Positions 8,680 through 20,248 of a stretch of 32,000 bases of DNA are shown piece after piece; the first letter of the stretch is position 1; each line of letters starts with the position of its first letter. The position numbers and the translations under genes were made by a program. The stretch spans positions 930,001-962,000 of the forward strand of contig NZ_AP012549.1 in assembly GCF_000829235.1 (NCBI RefSeq). The letters are read 5' to 3'. The notes below the pieces were generated by a model. The model did not search any database and was not told the origin of the DNA. It saw only the letters and a program-made list of their open reading frames with translations. This stretch comes from a cyanobacterium endosymbiont of Epithemia turgida isolate EtSB Lake Yunoko (lineage in GTDB: Bacteria; Cyanobacteriota; Cyanobacteriia; Cyanobacteriales; Microcystaceae).

Positions 8680-9571
8680 TTATTTTAAAACAGACTTTGT
8701 TAAAACGGCATAACAATATAATTCAAGTTTAGTGCGATTAAGTCCTAATACTAATGCTACTAACTGGGGTAAATGTAGCACAGATAAGTTTAATTTATGT
8801 TCAATGATTTTCTCAACTGTTGGTTGTAGAGAAAATAAATTTAAGTGACATAAAGGGCAGGAAGTGACTAAATAATCTACACCAGCTTCAATAGCTTTTT
8901 TAAAATGAATTTCCGCCATTGTCAACAAATCTTTGGTCGCATAACTTGTTGAGGTACAACCACAACATAGAGTCCGTCCTTGATAATAAAATAGATAGGA
9001 GTTGCCCCAAGCGTACAAAAAACCCTTTCTAAACACTCTAGCTGAAAGCGATTATTGTAAGGAAAACTATCCTGAGTTCATAATGAATAATAGCCAGAAA
9101 ATACAGCACAATTTAAACTGATTAACTTCTGTGTCGCTTTTTTAAAAAGGTTTTTAAGACCATAATCAGTTACTAATGCACATATATAGATGTTTAACTT
9201 TAGTCGTTCCTTCACAAAGAAAACAATGTTCTTTCTCTAAAAATCCACTAACTTGTTCCAAATAGTTAGGATCATTATCTTTGTGCATTTTTGAAACCTT
9301 CGGCTACATGGCAAATAACTCCCGGACAGGTACTATAATAGGTTAACAAGAGGAGATTTGAAGAGTCAGCTAAAGCAATATGACGCGCATCGACCGTATC
9401 TTCTAATAACTGGGAATCCCCTTAATATGTTCTTGAACCACCACAACAGGCAGCTTTTTTGAGTTCAATCAATTCTATTCCTAACACATTAGTCAGAGCA
9501 GCCGTAGACAAATAAAGTTCACGACAAGCACCTTTGGCAAGACAACCTGGATAATAAGCATACTTCAGCAT
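8680..9571 (-). pseudogene. Degraded CCG-domain Fe-S protein (HdrB-like / type-E succinate dehydrogenase SdhE-like)
   Basis: Minus-strand translation from the ATG at 9571 gives MLKYAYYPGCLAKGACRELYLSTAALTNVLGIELIELKKAACCGG, then an in-frame TAA at 9422-9424. Further stops and frame changes follow. The C-terminal CCG motif (DYLVTSCPLCHLNL) survives only in another frame, as ORF 8680-9036. Confidence 0.8.
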
Positions 9572-9755
9572 TATTTAACTTAGCGGCTGATAGGTCTGGT
9601 AACTCTCGCTGTTTATGCTAAATTTAAGGATAAGTTCTGTTTTTTACTGATTATGCCACATATTTTGTCTTTCCCATACTTCTAAAATATTTAATTGTAC
9701 TAACTCATTTGGAAAAAATTTGGGATAATGACCATAACCGAATAAACGCTAAACT

Positions 9756-11999
9756 ATGCCCGATTGGAAACTACCCTTTGATCGCTCTTCTGAATCTGCT
9801 ACTGTCTTTCCCGGAGAAACTCAAGGAGGTTTAGGAACTTTTGGGGGAGTCTATACCCCTTCTATTTTGACCATTCTTGGCGTAATCATGTATCTTCGCT
9901 TTGGTTGGGTGGTAGGAAATGTGGGGTTATTAGGAACCTTATTGATTGTCATCTTAGCCAACAGCATCACCTTTTTTACCGCTCTATCTGTCTGTGCGAT
10001 CGCAACAGACAAGGTAGTAAGAGCAGGGGGAGCCTATTACATGATCAGTCGCTCTTTAGGGGTAGAAACAGGAGGAGCTGTGGGAATTCCTCTCTATTTT
10101 GCCCAAGCTCTTTCCGTGGCTTTATATACTATCGGTTTTGCTGAAAGTTTGAAGGCAGCCTTTCCGCACCTTAATCAACTTTATGTGGCGCTGGTGGTGA
10201 CAAGTTTAGTTGGAATCTTAGCGTTCATGTCAGCCAGTATTGCCATTAAAGTACAATATTTTATTATGGCTGCCATTGTCCTGTCCTTAGTGTCATTCTA
10301 CTTTGGACACCCCGTAGAAGAAACTCATATTGAATTGTGGGTTAACAATAAAATTCCTTTTTGGACAGTTTTTTCAGTATTTTTCCCCGCGGTAACGGGA
10401 ATTATGGCTGGGGTCAATATGTCAGGAGATTTAAAAGATCCCATCAGATCTTTGCCCAGTGGAACTCTATGGGCTGTTGGGACAGGATTTGCTATCTATA
10501 TAACCATGCCCATTTTCCTGGCAATGCGAGCTGATAGTACTACTCTAATTGCAGAACCTCTGATCATGCAACAGATGGCTGTTTGGGGTCCTTTAATTTT
10601 ATTGGGGGTATGGGGGGCAACCCTCAGTAGTGCCATTGGTAGTATTTTAGGTGCGCCTCGTATTCTCCAGGCGTTGGCTAGAGACGGAATTTTACCAAAA
10701 TGGATGAGTTTCCTCGGACAAGGAAGTGGACCTCAGGATGAACCCAAAATGGGGACCCTAGCGACCTTGGTAGTAGCGATTGCAGCGGTTTGTGTCGGAG
10801 ATTTAAATTTAATTGCCCCTGTCCTAACGATGTTCTTTTTAACTACCTATTTAGTGTTAAATATGTCAGCGGCTATTGAAGGATTTTTACAAAGTCCTTC
10901 TTTTCGTCCTTCGTTTAAAGTTCATTGGGCGTTTTCTCTCACCGGGGCGATCGGTTGTTTAATTGTCATGTTTCTGATTGATGCTGTTGCGACTGTTGTA
11001 GCAGCGATTGTGGTGATTGGAATTTATTTTTGGGTACGTCAACGAGAATTAATAGTTACGTGGGGGGATGTGCGCCGAGGACTTTGGATGGCTTTATTAA
11101 GGATGGCAATTCTGCAAACAGATCATACCGACGATACTAAAAACTGGCGACCTCAACTCTTAGTGTTGTCGGGGGCCCCGACTAAACGGTGGACTTTAAT
11201 TCAGTTAGCAGAAGCATTAACCCATAATCGTGGTTTAATTACCGTATCAAGTGTTCTTCCTGTTGGTTCGCGGGATATGGCCAAACAAGCAATCCTAGAA
11301 AAGCGGATTCGCAATTATCTGCAACGACGGGGTATACAGGCGTTAGTTCGGTTGGTAACAGCACCTGATCCGTTCGATGGAGCTGAAAGACTTGTGGAGA
11401 CTTACGGACTAGGATCTATTGTCCCTGATACAGTATTGTTGGGAGATTCTAAACAACCATCCCATCGTGATCGCTATTGTCAAATGATTGCCAACCTCCA
11501 TCGCGCCCAACGCAATGTTATTATTTTACGAGAAAATACTAAACTTGACCAAAACCCCTTTTTGGAGTCAAGACACCGCCCCTGTTACATAGATATTTGG
11601 TGGAGTGGGGGAATGCAGGGAAATGGTAGTCTAATGTTAATTTTGTCCTATTTATTGCGTTCTAATCCCAACTGGCAAGATGCGGAGATTCGTCTCAAGT
11701 TAGTAGTGAACGATGAAACGGGGGTTCAAGCAGCCCAAGCTAATTTAGATAATTTGGCTAAACACTTGAGAATTGGGGCTTTATCAGAGGTTATCTTAGC
11801 TGATGGAAGAACGTTTGCCACAATTCTTGAAAAATCCTCTATGGGAGCAGATTTAATCTTTTTAGGTATGACTAGTCCTGGGGAATTATTTATGCAGTCC
11901 TATGAAAAGTTACAAAATTGGACAAAAAACTTACCTACATCAATCTTTGTACTGGCTGCCCCAGAGTTTAATTTCGAGGAAGTATTGGGAGAAAATTAG
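9756..11999 (+). CDS. Cation-chloride cotransporter family protein (APC superfamily, SLC12/CCC-like)
   Basis: 747 aa. An N-terminal amino-acid-permease fold of about 12 TM segments is followed by a soluble C-terminal domain of about 300 aa, which is the CCC architecture. Confidence 0.8.
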   Translation: MPDWKLPFDRSSESATVFPGETQGGLGTFGGVYTPSILTILGVIMYLRFGWVVGNVGLLGTLLIVILANSITFFTALSVCAIATDKVVRAGGAYYMISRSLGVETGGAVGIPLYFAQALSVALYTIGFAESLKAAFPHLNQLYVALVVTSLVGILAFMSASIAIKVQYFIMAAIVLSLVSFYFGHPVEETHIELWVNNKIPFWTVFSVFFPAVTGIMAGVNMSGDLKDPIRSLPSGTLWAVGTGFAIYITMPIFLAMRADSTTLIAEPLIMQQMAVWGPLILLGVWGATLSSAIGSILGAPRILQALARDGILPKWMSFLGQGSGPQDEPKMGTLATLVVAIAAVCVGDLNLIAPVLTMFFLTTYLVLNMSAAIEGFLQSPSFRPSFKVHWAFSLTGAIGCLIVMFLIDAVATVVAAIVVIGIYFWVRQRELIVTWGDVRRGLWMALLRMAILQTDHTDDTKNWRPQLLVLSGAPTKRWTLIQLAEALTHNRGLITVSSVLPVGSRDMAKQAILEKRIRNYLQRRGIQALVRLVTAPDPFDGAERLVETYGLGSIVPDTVLLGDSKQPSHRDRYCQMIANLHRAQRNVIILRENTKLDQNPFLESRHRPCYIDIWWSGGMQGNGSLMLILSYLLRSNPNWQDAEIRLKLVVNDETGVQAAQANLDNLAKHLRIGALSEVILADGRTFATILEKSSMGADLIFLGMTSPGELFMQSYEKLQNWTKNLPTSIFVLAAPEFNFEEVLGEN

Positions 12000-12852
12000 G
12001 TTAAATATCCCAAATAACTAAGTATTTTACCTAAGATATCTACATTTAATCATAAAGAACTGCTACTCTTTCCTCTTCTCTAATTATGACCTTAGACAAC
12101 TCCTCCTTTATTACCGAAAAAGCTACTTTTATAGACTTTTATTCCATCGGGTTTATCACAAAAACCGTCTTTTGGTTCAACCCGCAAAAGAAATGTTCGG
12201 TTATCAAATTTAAGGAGAGAACTTAAAATATTTAACCAGGTAATTAGGGAATGACTATCTTCTAATAATTTAAAGATTACCTTATTTTCTATATAAATTA
12301 ACAATGGAACATCTTCTTATTTGACATAGGTATTACTGGTAAACTCAGCTTCGATGCAGATGTTTTAACTGAGATGATTTAAATGCTCTAGAAGATCATA
12401 AGCTGTTACATCTCTGTCTATACAATATATGTTTTAAGATAAATAGATTACCTTCTTCTTGTTAGCTTATTTTTTTATAATGTGAAACACAAATAGTATA
12501 TTCTATAAATATAATTATAATTATTGTTCAGAATAAATTTAAACACAATTAAAATCTCTTAGATTATTATATGTCTCTTATTGTATGTTTTAAATATTCA
12601 TCTAAACTGACTTATTTTTATCAACTTTAATCTTGGTACTATTTAAAATAACAAAAACATTGTTTTGCTATTTTAAATTAATTTAATATAACAAAATACT
12701 GACTTTAAGCTAGGATAGAAATTGGATATAAATTTTCATTAAAAAATATTAGCTTGTTATCAGCTTCTTTAAAATTAGAACTATTTTAAGCGCCTGATTG
12801 TCTCATACTTTAAGCTACAATGTAAAATAAACCGCCCCACACTTTCTAAAAT

Positions 12853-13593
12853 ATGCTCTACAGATTTCAAACTCAACTCTATCAGCTTGAACAATTTGCT
12901 AATAAATTGGTTTCTTCGCAGTTAACCCATCTCAGTTGGTTGAGTTTAACAGTTGTTTTTGTCGCTGGATTATTAACAAGTTTAAGCCCTTGCGTGCTCT
13001 CGATGTTACCGGTTACCATTGGCTACATTGGGGGTTACGAAAAGCAAGGGAGAAGACAAGCTGCTATCCAATCAACTTGGTTTTCTTTGGGTCTAGCTAC
13101 TACTCTTGCAGGATTAGGAATTGCAGCAGCTTCTTTGGGAAAAATCTATGGACAAATTGGATCTGGATTACCAATCTTTGTGAGTTCAATCGCAATTCTA
13201 ATGGGGCTAAATTTATTAGAATTAATTTCTTTAAAATTACCTCATTTTGATAAAAGTAATTGGATTACGGACAATTTACCACCGGGGATACGTTCCTATT
13301 TTCTTGGTTTAACTTTCGGATTAGTTGTATCTCCTTGCAGTACTTCTGTCTTAGCGACTTTGTTGGCTTGGGTTGCATCGACTCAAAATTTATTATTAGG
13401 AGGGGTATTATTGCTATTTTATACAATTGGCTATGTCACTCCCTTAATTGTAGCAGGAACCTTTACTGCATCTCTAAAAAAATTATTAGAATTACGTCGT
13501 TGGTCAGTTTGGATTAATCCTGTGAGTGGTATTTTATTAATTAGTTTTGGATTTTTCTCTCTTTTATCTCGTTTACCCTCCAAAAGTGGATGA
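12853..13593 (+). CDS. ccdA: Cytochrome c biogenesis thiol-disulfide transporter CcdA (DsbD family)
   Basis: 246 aa and polytopic. Conserved TM cysteines lie in LSPCVLSMLP and VSPCSTSVL. It sits immediately upstream of ccs1. Confidence 0.9.
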   Translation: MLYRFQTQLYQLEQFANKLVSSQLTHLSWLSLTVVFVAGLLTSLSPCVLSMLPVTIGYIGGYEKQGRRQAAIQSTWFSLGLATTLAGLGIAAASLGKIYGQIGSGLPIFVSSIAILMGLNLLELISLKLPHFDKSNWITDNLPPGIRSYFLGLTFGLVVSPCSTSVLATLLAWVASTQNLLLGGVLLLFYTIGYVTPLIVAGTFTASLKKLLELRRWSVWINPVSGILLISFGFFSLLSRLPSKSG

Positions 13594-13688
13594 TTGGCAA
13601 TAAAAGTCAAATCTACAATAATTTTCACAGACTAAACCTAACAATATTTATCTAAGAAAAGTGTTTATTTTAAAGAGATATTGAAACT

Positions 13689-15065
13689 ATGACCGCTTCT
13701 AATTTAACTCAAAGAACTTATTTTTTCACATTATTTCAGCAAGGATTGCAACATATTATTAAGATAATAGCTGATCTACGGTTAGCTATTATCTTAATAC
13801 TAGTAATCGCTCTATTTAGTATTAGTGGAACGGTCATTGAACAAGGAGAAAGTCTACCCTTTTATCAAGGAAATTATCCTGAAAATCCTGCATTATTTGG
13901 GTTTTTTACTTGGAAGATTATCCTTACTTTAGGATTAAATCATGTTTACAGTACTTGGTGGTTTTTATCTTTATTAGTTCTTTTGGGAACAAGTCTCACT
14001 GCTTGTACGTTTACTCGTCAATTCTCTGCCATTAAAGCTGCTTGTAACTGGCGTTTTTATCAGCAACCTCGTCAGTTTCAAAAGTTGGCTTTAAGTGGTG
14101 ATATTGAAAATAGATCTCTGGCTAATGTAGTTAATTCCTTAAGAAAACGAGGTTATAAAGTTTACCAAAATGACAATTCCTTATATGCCCGTAAAGGAAT
14201 TGTAGGCAGAATAGGACCAATTATTGTTCATGCTGCTATGTTAATCATTTTAGGAGGAGTAATCTGGGGGGTATTGGCAGGATTTTTAGCTCAAGAAATG
14301 GTTGCTAGTGGCTCAACTTTTGAAGTTAAGAATATTATTGAAGCAGGCCCTTTCTCAAAGCCATTAATCCCAGCTGATTGGAGAATTAGAGTTAATCGGT
14401 TTTGGATTGACTATACTCATAATGGAGATATTAATCAGTTTTATTCTGACCTCTCAGTTGTTAATAATCAAGGAGAAGAATTAGATCGCAAAACCATTTT
14501 TGTAAATCAACCTTTGCGATATGATGGAGTTACTTTTTATCAAACAAGTTGGGGAATTGCTGGGGTAAAAGTTCAAGTTAATAAAGGTCCTATTTTGCAA
14601 CTTCCTATAGTCCCCTTAAATACCCAGGGAGAAAGAAAAATATGGGGAACTTGGATTCCTACTAAACCTAATTTAAGTGAAGGGATATCCTTACTAGTTA
14701 AAGATTTACAAGGAACCATGATTATTTATGATAATAATGGGGATCTTTATAGTGCAATTCGCCCAGGAATGGTGGTTGATATTAATGGAGTTACTCTCAA
14801 AGTTTGTGAATTAATTGGGAGTACAGGACTACAAATTAAAGCTGATCCTGGGATTCCTCTTGTTTATACTGGGTTTGGATTATTAATGCTTGGGGTAATC
14901 ATAAGTTATATTTCCCACTCCCAAGTTTGGGTTTTACAACAGGAAAGTCGCTGTTTTATTGGTGGTAAAACTAATCGAGCGCACGTCAGTTTTGAAAAAG
15001 AAATAGTAAGAATTTTAGACGAATTAAAAAGTTACAAAATAGAGTCTCAATTCTCAGAAATTTAA
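13689..15065 (+). CDS. ccsB: Cytochrome c biogenesis protein Ccs1/CcsB (ResB family, system II)
   Basis: 458 aa. N-terminal TM segments, a large soluble domain and a C-terminal TM, which is the ResB-like layout. It is adjacent to ccdA. Confidence 0.88.
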   Translation: MTASNLTQRTYFFTLFQQGLQHIIKIIADLRLAIILILVIALFSISGTVIEQGESLPFYQGNYPENPALFGFFTWKIILTLGLNHVYSTWWFLSLLVLLGTSLTACTFTRQFSAIKAACNWRFYQQPRQFQKLALSGDIENRSLANVVNSLRKRGYKVYQNDNSLYARKGIVGRIGPIIVHAAMLIILGGVIWGVLAGFLAQEMVASGSTFEVKNIIEAGPFSKPLIPADWRIRVNRFWIDYTHNGDINQFYSDLSVVNNQGEELDRKTIFVNQPLRYDGVTFYQTSWGIAGVKVQVNKGPILQLPIVPLNTQGERKIWGTWIPTKPNLSEGISLLVKDLQGTMIIYDNNGDLYSAIRPGMVVDINGVTLKVCELIGSTGLQIKADPGIPLVYTGFGLLMLGVIISYISHSQVWVLQQESRCFIGGKTNRAHVSFEKEIVRILDELKSYKIESQFSEI

Positions 15066-15086
15066 GGGCAAAAACAAAGAATTTTA

Positions 15087-15446
15087 TCATTCTTTTTCTA
15101 TAGATATAGAAAAAAGGTTTTTCCAAAATAGTTGAATGGCTAAAAGAGTTAACCCAAGAGCTACAAAACCAAAAATAAAAGTTACTAAACAAGAGATTCC
15201 CATCACTAAGGTTCTTACCAAAGAACCAATTTTTAAGACCAAAGGATTATGAGAAATGAGAGGTTTAGTCGTAAAGCTTTGAAAAATAGAAAAAGTGAGA
15301 TGATAAAAGCCAAATGCCAAAGATCCTGAAATAGTTGAACCAATTAGACAACGTAACGGTGTAACTTTTTTATCTTGAGAACGATCTTTTTCTGGAGTGG
15401 GCATGAGTAAATTTGTCTTGTCATAAACAGTAGGGTAAACGATCAT
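15087..15446 (-). CDS. Small membrane protein (DUF3082-like)
   Basis: 119 aa. PLRCLIGSTISGSLAFGFYHLT plus a second TM near the C-terminus. The start may be an internal Met. The DUF label is from memory. Confidence 0.6.
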   Translation of the reverse strand: MIVYPTVYDKTNLLMPTPEKDRSQDKKVTPLRCLIGSTISGSLAFGFYHLTFSIFQSFTTKPLISHNPLVLKIGSLVRTLVMGISCLVTFIFGFVALGLTLLAIQLFWKNLFSISIEKE

Positions 15447-15450
15447 ATTA

Positions 15451-18180
15451 TCATTTCAGACGATGCAGACGTTCTTGTAGAATCTCCGATTGTTTTTGGG
15501 CTTCAGCTAAAGAATCCTTAGCTACCTGAACTACTTTTTCAGGGGCTTTATTAACAAAGCTGGGATTATTAAGACGCTCAGTAAGAGATTTAACCCCGGC
15601 TTTAATTTTACTTAAATTTTTCTCTAGTTTTCCTTTAAGACTTGCAATATCGACAACATTTGATAAAAGAATTAACACTTGAACTGTCCCTACAACACCT
15701 GCAACGACCTGTCCAGTTTCTAATTCTAACTGGGGGGTAATAGTCAATTGTTCTACTTTCCCTAAATCCTGAATATAAATTTGGGCTGATTTTAGAATTG
15801 TCCTCTCTGTTTCATCTTCACTTTGTAAAATTACAGAAACTTTAAATCCAGGTTTTATTTCAGCTTCAGCTCGTAAATTCCGCAGAGTACGAATGGTTCC
15901 GATAATAAGGTTAAATGACTCTTCTAATTCAGCATTAATAAGTTGAGTGTCAGAAGTAGGATAATTTTGTAAAGCCAGAAATTTATTGCCAGTTTGGCTT
16001 AAAGTTTGCCAAATTTCTTCAGTAATATGAGGCATAAAGGGATGAAGTAGCCTCAGAATATTATCGAGAATATAGGCTAAGGTCTGTTGGGCAACTAGAC
16101 GAGATTCAGTGTTAGCACTCTTCCAAAGACGAGTTTTAACTAATTCAATGTACCAGTCACAAAAGTCTCCCCAGATGAATTCATATAGCCCTTTAGCCGC
16201 TTCTCCCAACCCATAAGTTTCGATGTAGTTCTTAGTTTGCTCAATCAGTCGATGGAAACGAGATAAAATCCAGCGATCGCATAATTCTAATTTTTCTGCT
16301 TCTGGAAATCCCAAAATTTCAGGAGTTTTTCCCTCTAAATTCATCATAACAAATCGCGCTGCATTCCACAGTTTATTGGCGAAGTTTCGAGAAGCTTCGA
16401 CAGATTCTGATTCATCAGTTTTACGATTGTATTGTAAGCTGATATCTTGACCTGCCCCTGCAACTTCCCTAATCAAAGTGTAACGGAGAGCATCAGTTCC
16501 ATAATTTTTAATCAAAATTAAAGGATCAATTCCATTGTTAAAAGATTTAGACATTTTCTTTCCATTTTCATCTCTAACCAACCCATGTATATAGACATCT
16601 TGAAAAGGTATTTGATCGGTCAAATACCCTGCCATCATGGTCATCCGGGCAACCCAAAAGAAGATAATGTCAAACCCTGTAACTAAAGTACTAGTCGGAT
16701 AGTATACTTTTAAATCTTCAGTATCTTCAGTCCAACCTAATGTTGAAAAAGGCCATAAACCGGAAGAAAACCAGGTATCGAGAACGTCAGGATCTTGTTC
16801 TATTTTAGTATTTTTACCGTATTTTTCTTGAGCTTTTTCGATAGCTTCTATTTCATTATTTGCCACAACAAATGGGGTATTATCTGTAATTTTATTGTTG
16901 GTTTCACTAATTACATACCAAGCAGGAATTTGATGCCCCCACCATAATTGACGGGAGATACACCAGTCTTTTAATCTAATCAACCAATCTCGATACACTT
17001 TTGTCCAGTGGTCGGGGACAAAGCGGGGAGAATTGTGTTTATCCAAAAAGGTTAATGCTTTTTTGGAAAGAGGGTCAATTTTTACAAACCATTGGGTTGA
17101 TAATAAAGGTTCGATAGGAACTTTACCGCGATCACTGTAAGGAACTGTATGGCGGTATTCTTCTACTTTAATTAGAAACCCTTCTTCTTCAAGTTTCTTA
17201 ACGATATTTCGCCGTGCAACATAGCGGTCCTGTCCCTTAAATATTCCGGCATTTTCATTCAATGTGCCGTCTTTATTCATTATATTAATAAAGGACAAGT
17301 TATGATAGTTTCCCATTTTGAAATCATTGGGGTCATGTGCGGGAGTAACTTTGACGCAACCTGTACCAAATTCAGGGTCAACTGATTCATCAGCAAAAAT
17401 AGGAATTTCTCGATCAACAATAGGTAAAGTTACGGTTTTTCCAATCAACTCTTCATAACGTTTATCTTTAGGATTAACCGCTACTCCTGTATCTCCTAAA
17501 ATAGTTTCGGGTCGAGTAGTTGCAACTTGCACATAACCACTGCCATCGGTTACAGGGTAACGAAAATACCATAGATTACCATCCACTTCCTTGTTTTCCA
17601 CTTCTAAATCTGAGACGGCAGAAAGAGATGCAGGACACCAATTAACTAAATAATTTCCTCGATAAATTAACCCTGCTTCGTAAAGGCTAACAAAAGCTTT
17701 TATGACTGCTTTAGAAAGTCTTTCATCGAGTGTAAACCGTTCTCGTGACCAGTCGGCAGAAAGTCCCACTCGTTTTAACTGGTTGATAATCTTTCCCCCC
17801 GATTCTTGTTTCCATTCCCAAGCATGTCTGAGGAATTTTTCTCGACCGATATTATAGCGGGTTTTTCCCTCTGCTTTTAACTTGCGATCAAGAATGGTAT
17901 GAACTGCGATGCTTGCATGGTCGGTTCCAGGAAGACAGAGAACATTATAACCGCACATTCGATGATAACGCACCAGAACATCTATTAAACAGTCTTCAAA
18001 GGCGTGACCCATGTGGAGACTTCCTGTGACATTAGGAGGGGGAATAACAATGGTGTAAGGTTTTCCTGGGTGCTTAGGGTCTGCCTTAAAGACTTGGTAG
18101 GTTTCCCAAGCATTTTGCCATTTAGATTCAATCGTTTTGGGGTCGTATTGGGGGGGTAAAGTGGATGAGTTTACGGTCAT
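15451..18180 (-). CDS. valS: Valine--tRNA ligase
   Basis: Class I motifs HMGH ([10 protein letters not shown]) and KMSKS (KKMSKSF), with a C-terminal coiled coil. I place the start at the ATG at 18180 ([14 protein letters not shown]...). The ORF-track start at 18237 is a non-ATG upstream extension. Confidence 0.97.
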   Translation of the reverse strand: MTVNSSTLPPQYDPKTIESKWQNAWETYQVFKADPKHPGKPYTIVIPPPNVTGSLHMGHAFEDCLIDVLVRYHRMCGYNVLCLPGTDHASIAVHTILDRKLKAEGKTRYNIGREKFLRHAWEWKQESGGKIINQLKRVGLSADWSRERFTLDERLSKAVIKAFVSLYEAGLIYRGNYLVNWCPASLSAVSDLEVENKEVDGNLWYFRYPVTDGSGYVQVATTRPETILGDTGVAVNPKDKRYEELIGKTVTLPIVDREIPIFADESVDPEFGTGCVKVTPAHDPNDFKMGNYHNLSFINIMNKDGTLNENAGIFKGQDRYVARRNIVKKLEEEGFLIKVEEYRHTVPYSDRGKVPIEPLLSTQWFVKIDPLSKKALTFLDKHNSPRFVPDHWTKVYRDWLIRLKDWCISRQLWWGHQIPAWYVISETNNKITDNTPFVVANNEIEAIEKAQEKYGKNTKIEQDPDVLDTWFSSGLWPFSTLGWTEDTEDLKVYYPTSTLVTGFDIIFFWVARMTMMAGYLTDQIPFQDVYIHGLVRDENGKKMSKSFNNGIDPLILIKNYGTDALRYTLIREVAGAGQDISLQYNRKTDESESVEASRNFANKLWNAARFVMMNLEGKTPEILGFPEAEKLELCDRWILSRFHRLIEQTKNYIETYGLGEAAKGLYEFIWGDFCDWYIELVKTRLWKSANTESRLVAQQTLAYILDNILRLLHPFMPHITEEIWQTLSQTGNKFLALQNYPTSDTQLINAELEESFNLIIGTIRTLRNLRAEAEIKPGFKVSVILQSEDETERTILKSAQIYIQDLGKVEQLTITPQLELETGQVVAGVVGTVQVLILLSNVVDIASLKGKLEKNLSKIKAGVKSLTERLNNPSFVNKAPEKVVQVAKDSLAEAQKQSEILQERLHRLK

Positions 18181-18237
18181 GAACAATAGAAGGGTATGGG
18201 TATGATTATCCTCGTCTATCAAATTGTGCCACAACAA

Positions 18238-19324
18238 GTTAAGTAATTCAATTTAACATTCTTTACTCAGACTCCATGATTTTTGTTTTGGAGATTACAG
18301 TAAGTTTTTTCTTAAAAAATTATTCTAAATTAATTAGTAAAACACACTATAGTCCGATTAATTCTTGTATTGAGAGAGTTATTATTTATTTTATTTATCT
18401 TTAAATAGCATACATTAAGAATACTTTAAAAAAAATAACAATTCAATTATTAATTATTAATCCATATTAATTTTTTAGAGATTATAATAGTTTTAATTTA
18501 TCCAGAAAATTAAATTTTATTTATACTTGTAAAACATAATTAATAAATGTTAATTAACATTAATAATACCACTTTTTATTTTCATATTATACATGAATAT
18601 TTTTCTAAAAATAGATTAAAATCTACTAATATTTGTACTGCTTTAAAACGTAAGCTAGACAATACTAGCTTATCAATCTCTGATATTGTAGCAAAGTTAG
18701 CAACTTTATTAAACGACTTTTAATAAAAATTAAAAAGTAAAAGGATAAGCTGATAAAAAAAGTTTCATATTTAACTCTATGTTTAGACGGCAATATACAG
18801 TCCTATAAAAATCTAGGCTTGATACTTTTTGATATTTTTTATAAAAAACCTAAATATTTTTGTTAAAACTATAGAGCCCATAAAAATATACATAGAAAAT
18901 AGAATATATATTAAATTTTTTTATAAAACTAAAGTTTTAGTTTTTAGCAAAAAATAAATAATCTTAATTATTAAATTACTTTTAAAAGATAGGTTTAAAA
19001 GAGTAATTATCTAGGTAATAGCTTACCTAAAGATTCAGCTAACATAATTATAATAGTAAAAACTATCAAACTTAACTCACGTTAAAAAATTTCCTTCATA
19101 ACAAGAAAAATAACATAATTATCTCTATTTAAGTAGAAGAGTATAGAAACTTAAAAATTGCAGATCGAGAACATTTATCATAAGGCATATTCAAAAAAAT
19201 ATTTTTTATATAGATTATTTAAAAAAGAGAATAATTGTGAAATTTTCCGGAACTAAATTCATATATGCAGTTAATAATAATTTTTATATAAAAAGTAGAT
19301 ATTCCATTTTTTCTTGTATTTAAT
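18238..19324. other. Ultra-AT-rich non-coding spacer (about 1.1 kb)
   Basis: The track has no ORF here on either strand. One 60-nt line (18481-18540) counted by hand has 7 G/C (12%). Confidence 0.7.
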
Positions 19325-20236
19325 TTAATCAAATCCATGAATAACTAATTCATAATAATCTTGATGAATTGCTTCAAGACTATTTTGCAATTCCTGTGCA
19401 TGAACCAAACCTACACATCCTGAATATAAACATTCTCTATTTCTATTTGCCAGAAAAACATAAAGTATATTAAGAGAATTTTGCCAAATACGAATACTTT
19501 TTCCATCTTGGAATAATAAATAAACCTGGGATCTTTCAATATCACGGTTTTGAGTATATGTCATTCCTGGAACTGCTTTTAAACGTTCAATTAAAATAAT
19601 TGTAAAGTCTTTTTTGGGAATCACTTGAATGGGTAAAAAATCCCAAAACTTCTGAATAACTTCTACAACCTGGGGAGAGGTTTTTAACTTAGCATGGGAA
19701 AGATTTGGTAGGCAGGTAAATTTTCCAAATACGACTTGAGTTGTCTCAATCCTGATAGTTCCATCACTGTTGTTACCAAGATCTCCTGCAATTGATAAAG
19801 TCGGAATAGATTGAGCAATTTTTTCAGTAACAGCTTGACGACTTTTTAATAAATATTTAGCGATTTCAGTCTCTAAAGGGTTAAGAATACTAAATGATTC
19901 TAATCCATTAATAGGACAACCAATTAAAACAATTGAGTTAATTTTTGACCATAATTCGGGATGTTTATCTAGAAAGTCTAACCAAAGTAACCCCCCTAAA
20001 GAATAACCGATAATACGCCAAGGTATATCAGGATAGCTATCCAAAACCTCTACTACTTTTTGTTCAATAAGTTCAAGAATATCTTCACTTTCAATCCATG
20101 TTTTTAACCATCCAAAATTGAGGGCAACAATTTGATTTTTTGCTGTTTTTAGGGTTTTTACAAGTTGTAGGATATCTTGATGTGTATCAGTCCACCCGTG
20201 TTGCACAAATAGGATATAATCTGGAGGGTCAATCAT
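19325..20236 (-). CDS. Alpha/beta-fold hydrolase with an uncharacterised C-terminal extension of about 100 aa
   Basis: 303 aa. Nucleophile elbow GYSLGG, plus candidate Asp (NSDG) and His (LSHAKL). It lies 12 nt downstream of purN on the same strand. Confidence 0.65.
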   Translation of the reverse strand: MIDPPDYILFVQHGWTDTHQDILQLVKTLKTAKNQIVALNFGWLKTWIESEDILELIEQKVVEVLDSYPDIPWRIIGYSLGGLLWLDFLDKHPELWSKINSIVLIGCPINGLESFSILNPLETEIAKYLLKSRQAVTEKIAQSIPTLSIAGDLGNNSDGTIRIETTQVVFGKFTCLPNLSHAKLKTSPQVVEVIQKFWDFLPIQVIPKKDFTIILIERLKAVPGMTYTQNRDIERSQVYLLFQDGKSIRIWQNSLNILYVFLANRNRECLYSGCVGLVHAQELQNSLEAIHQDYYELVIHGFD

Positions 20237-20248
20237 GGTCTTGAATGA

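Noticed and set aside
8680-9036. 118-aa ORF as an independent CCG-domain protein
   Set aside because: It is the C-terminal fragment of the 8680-9571 pseudogene. The N-terminal half lies upstream in other frames and is interrupted by stops.
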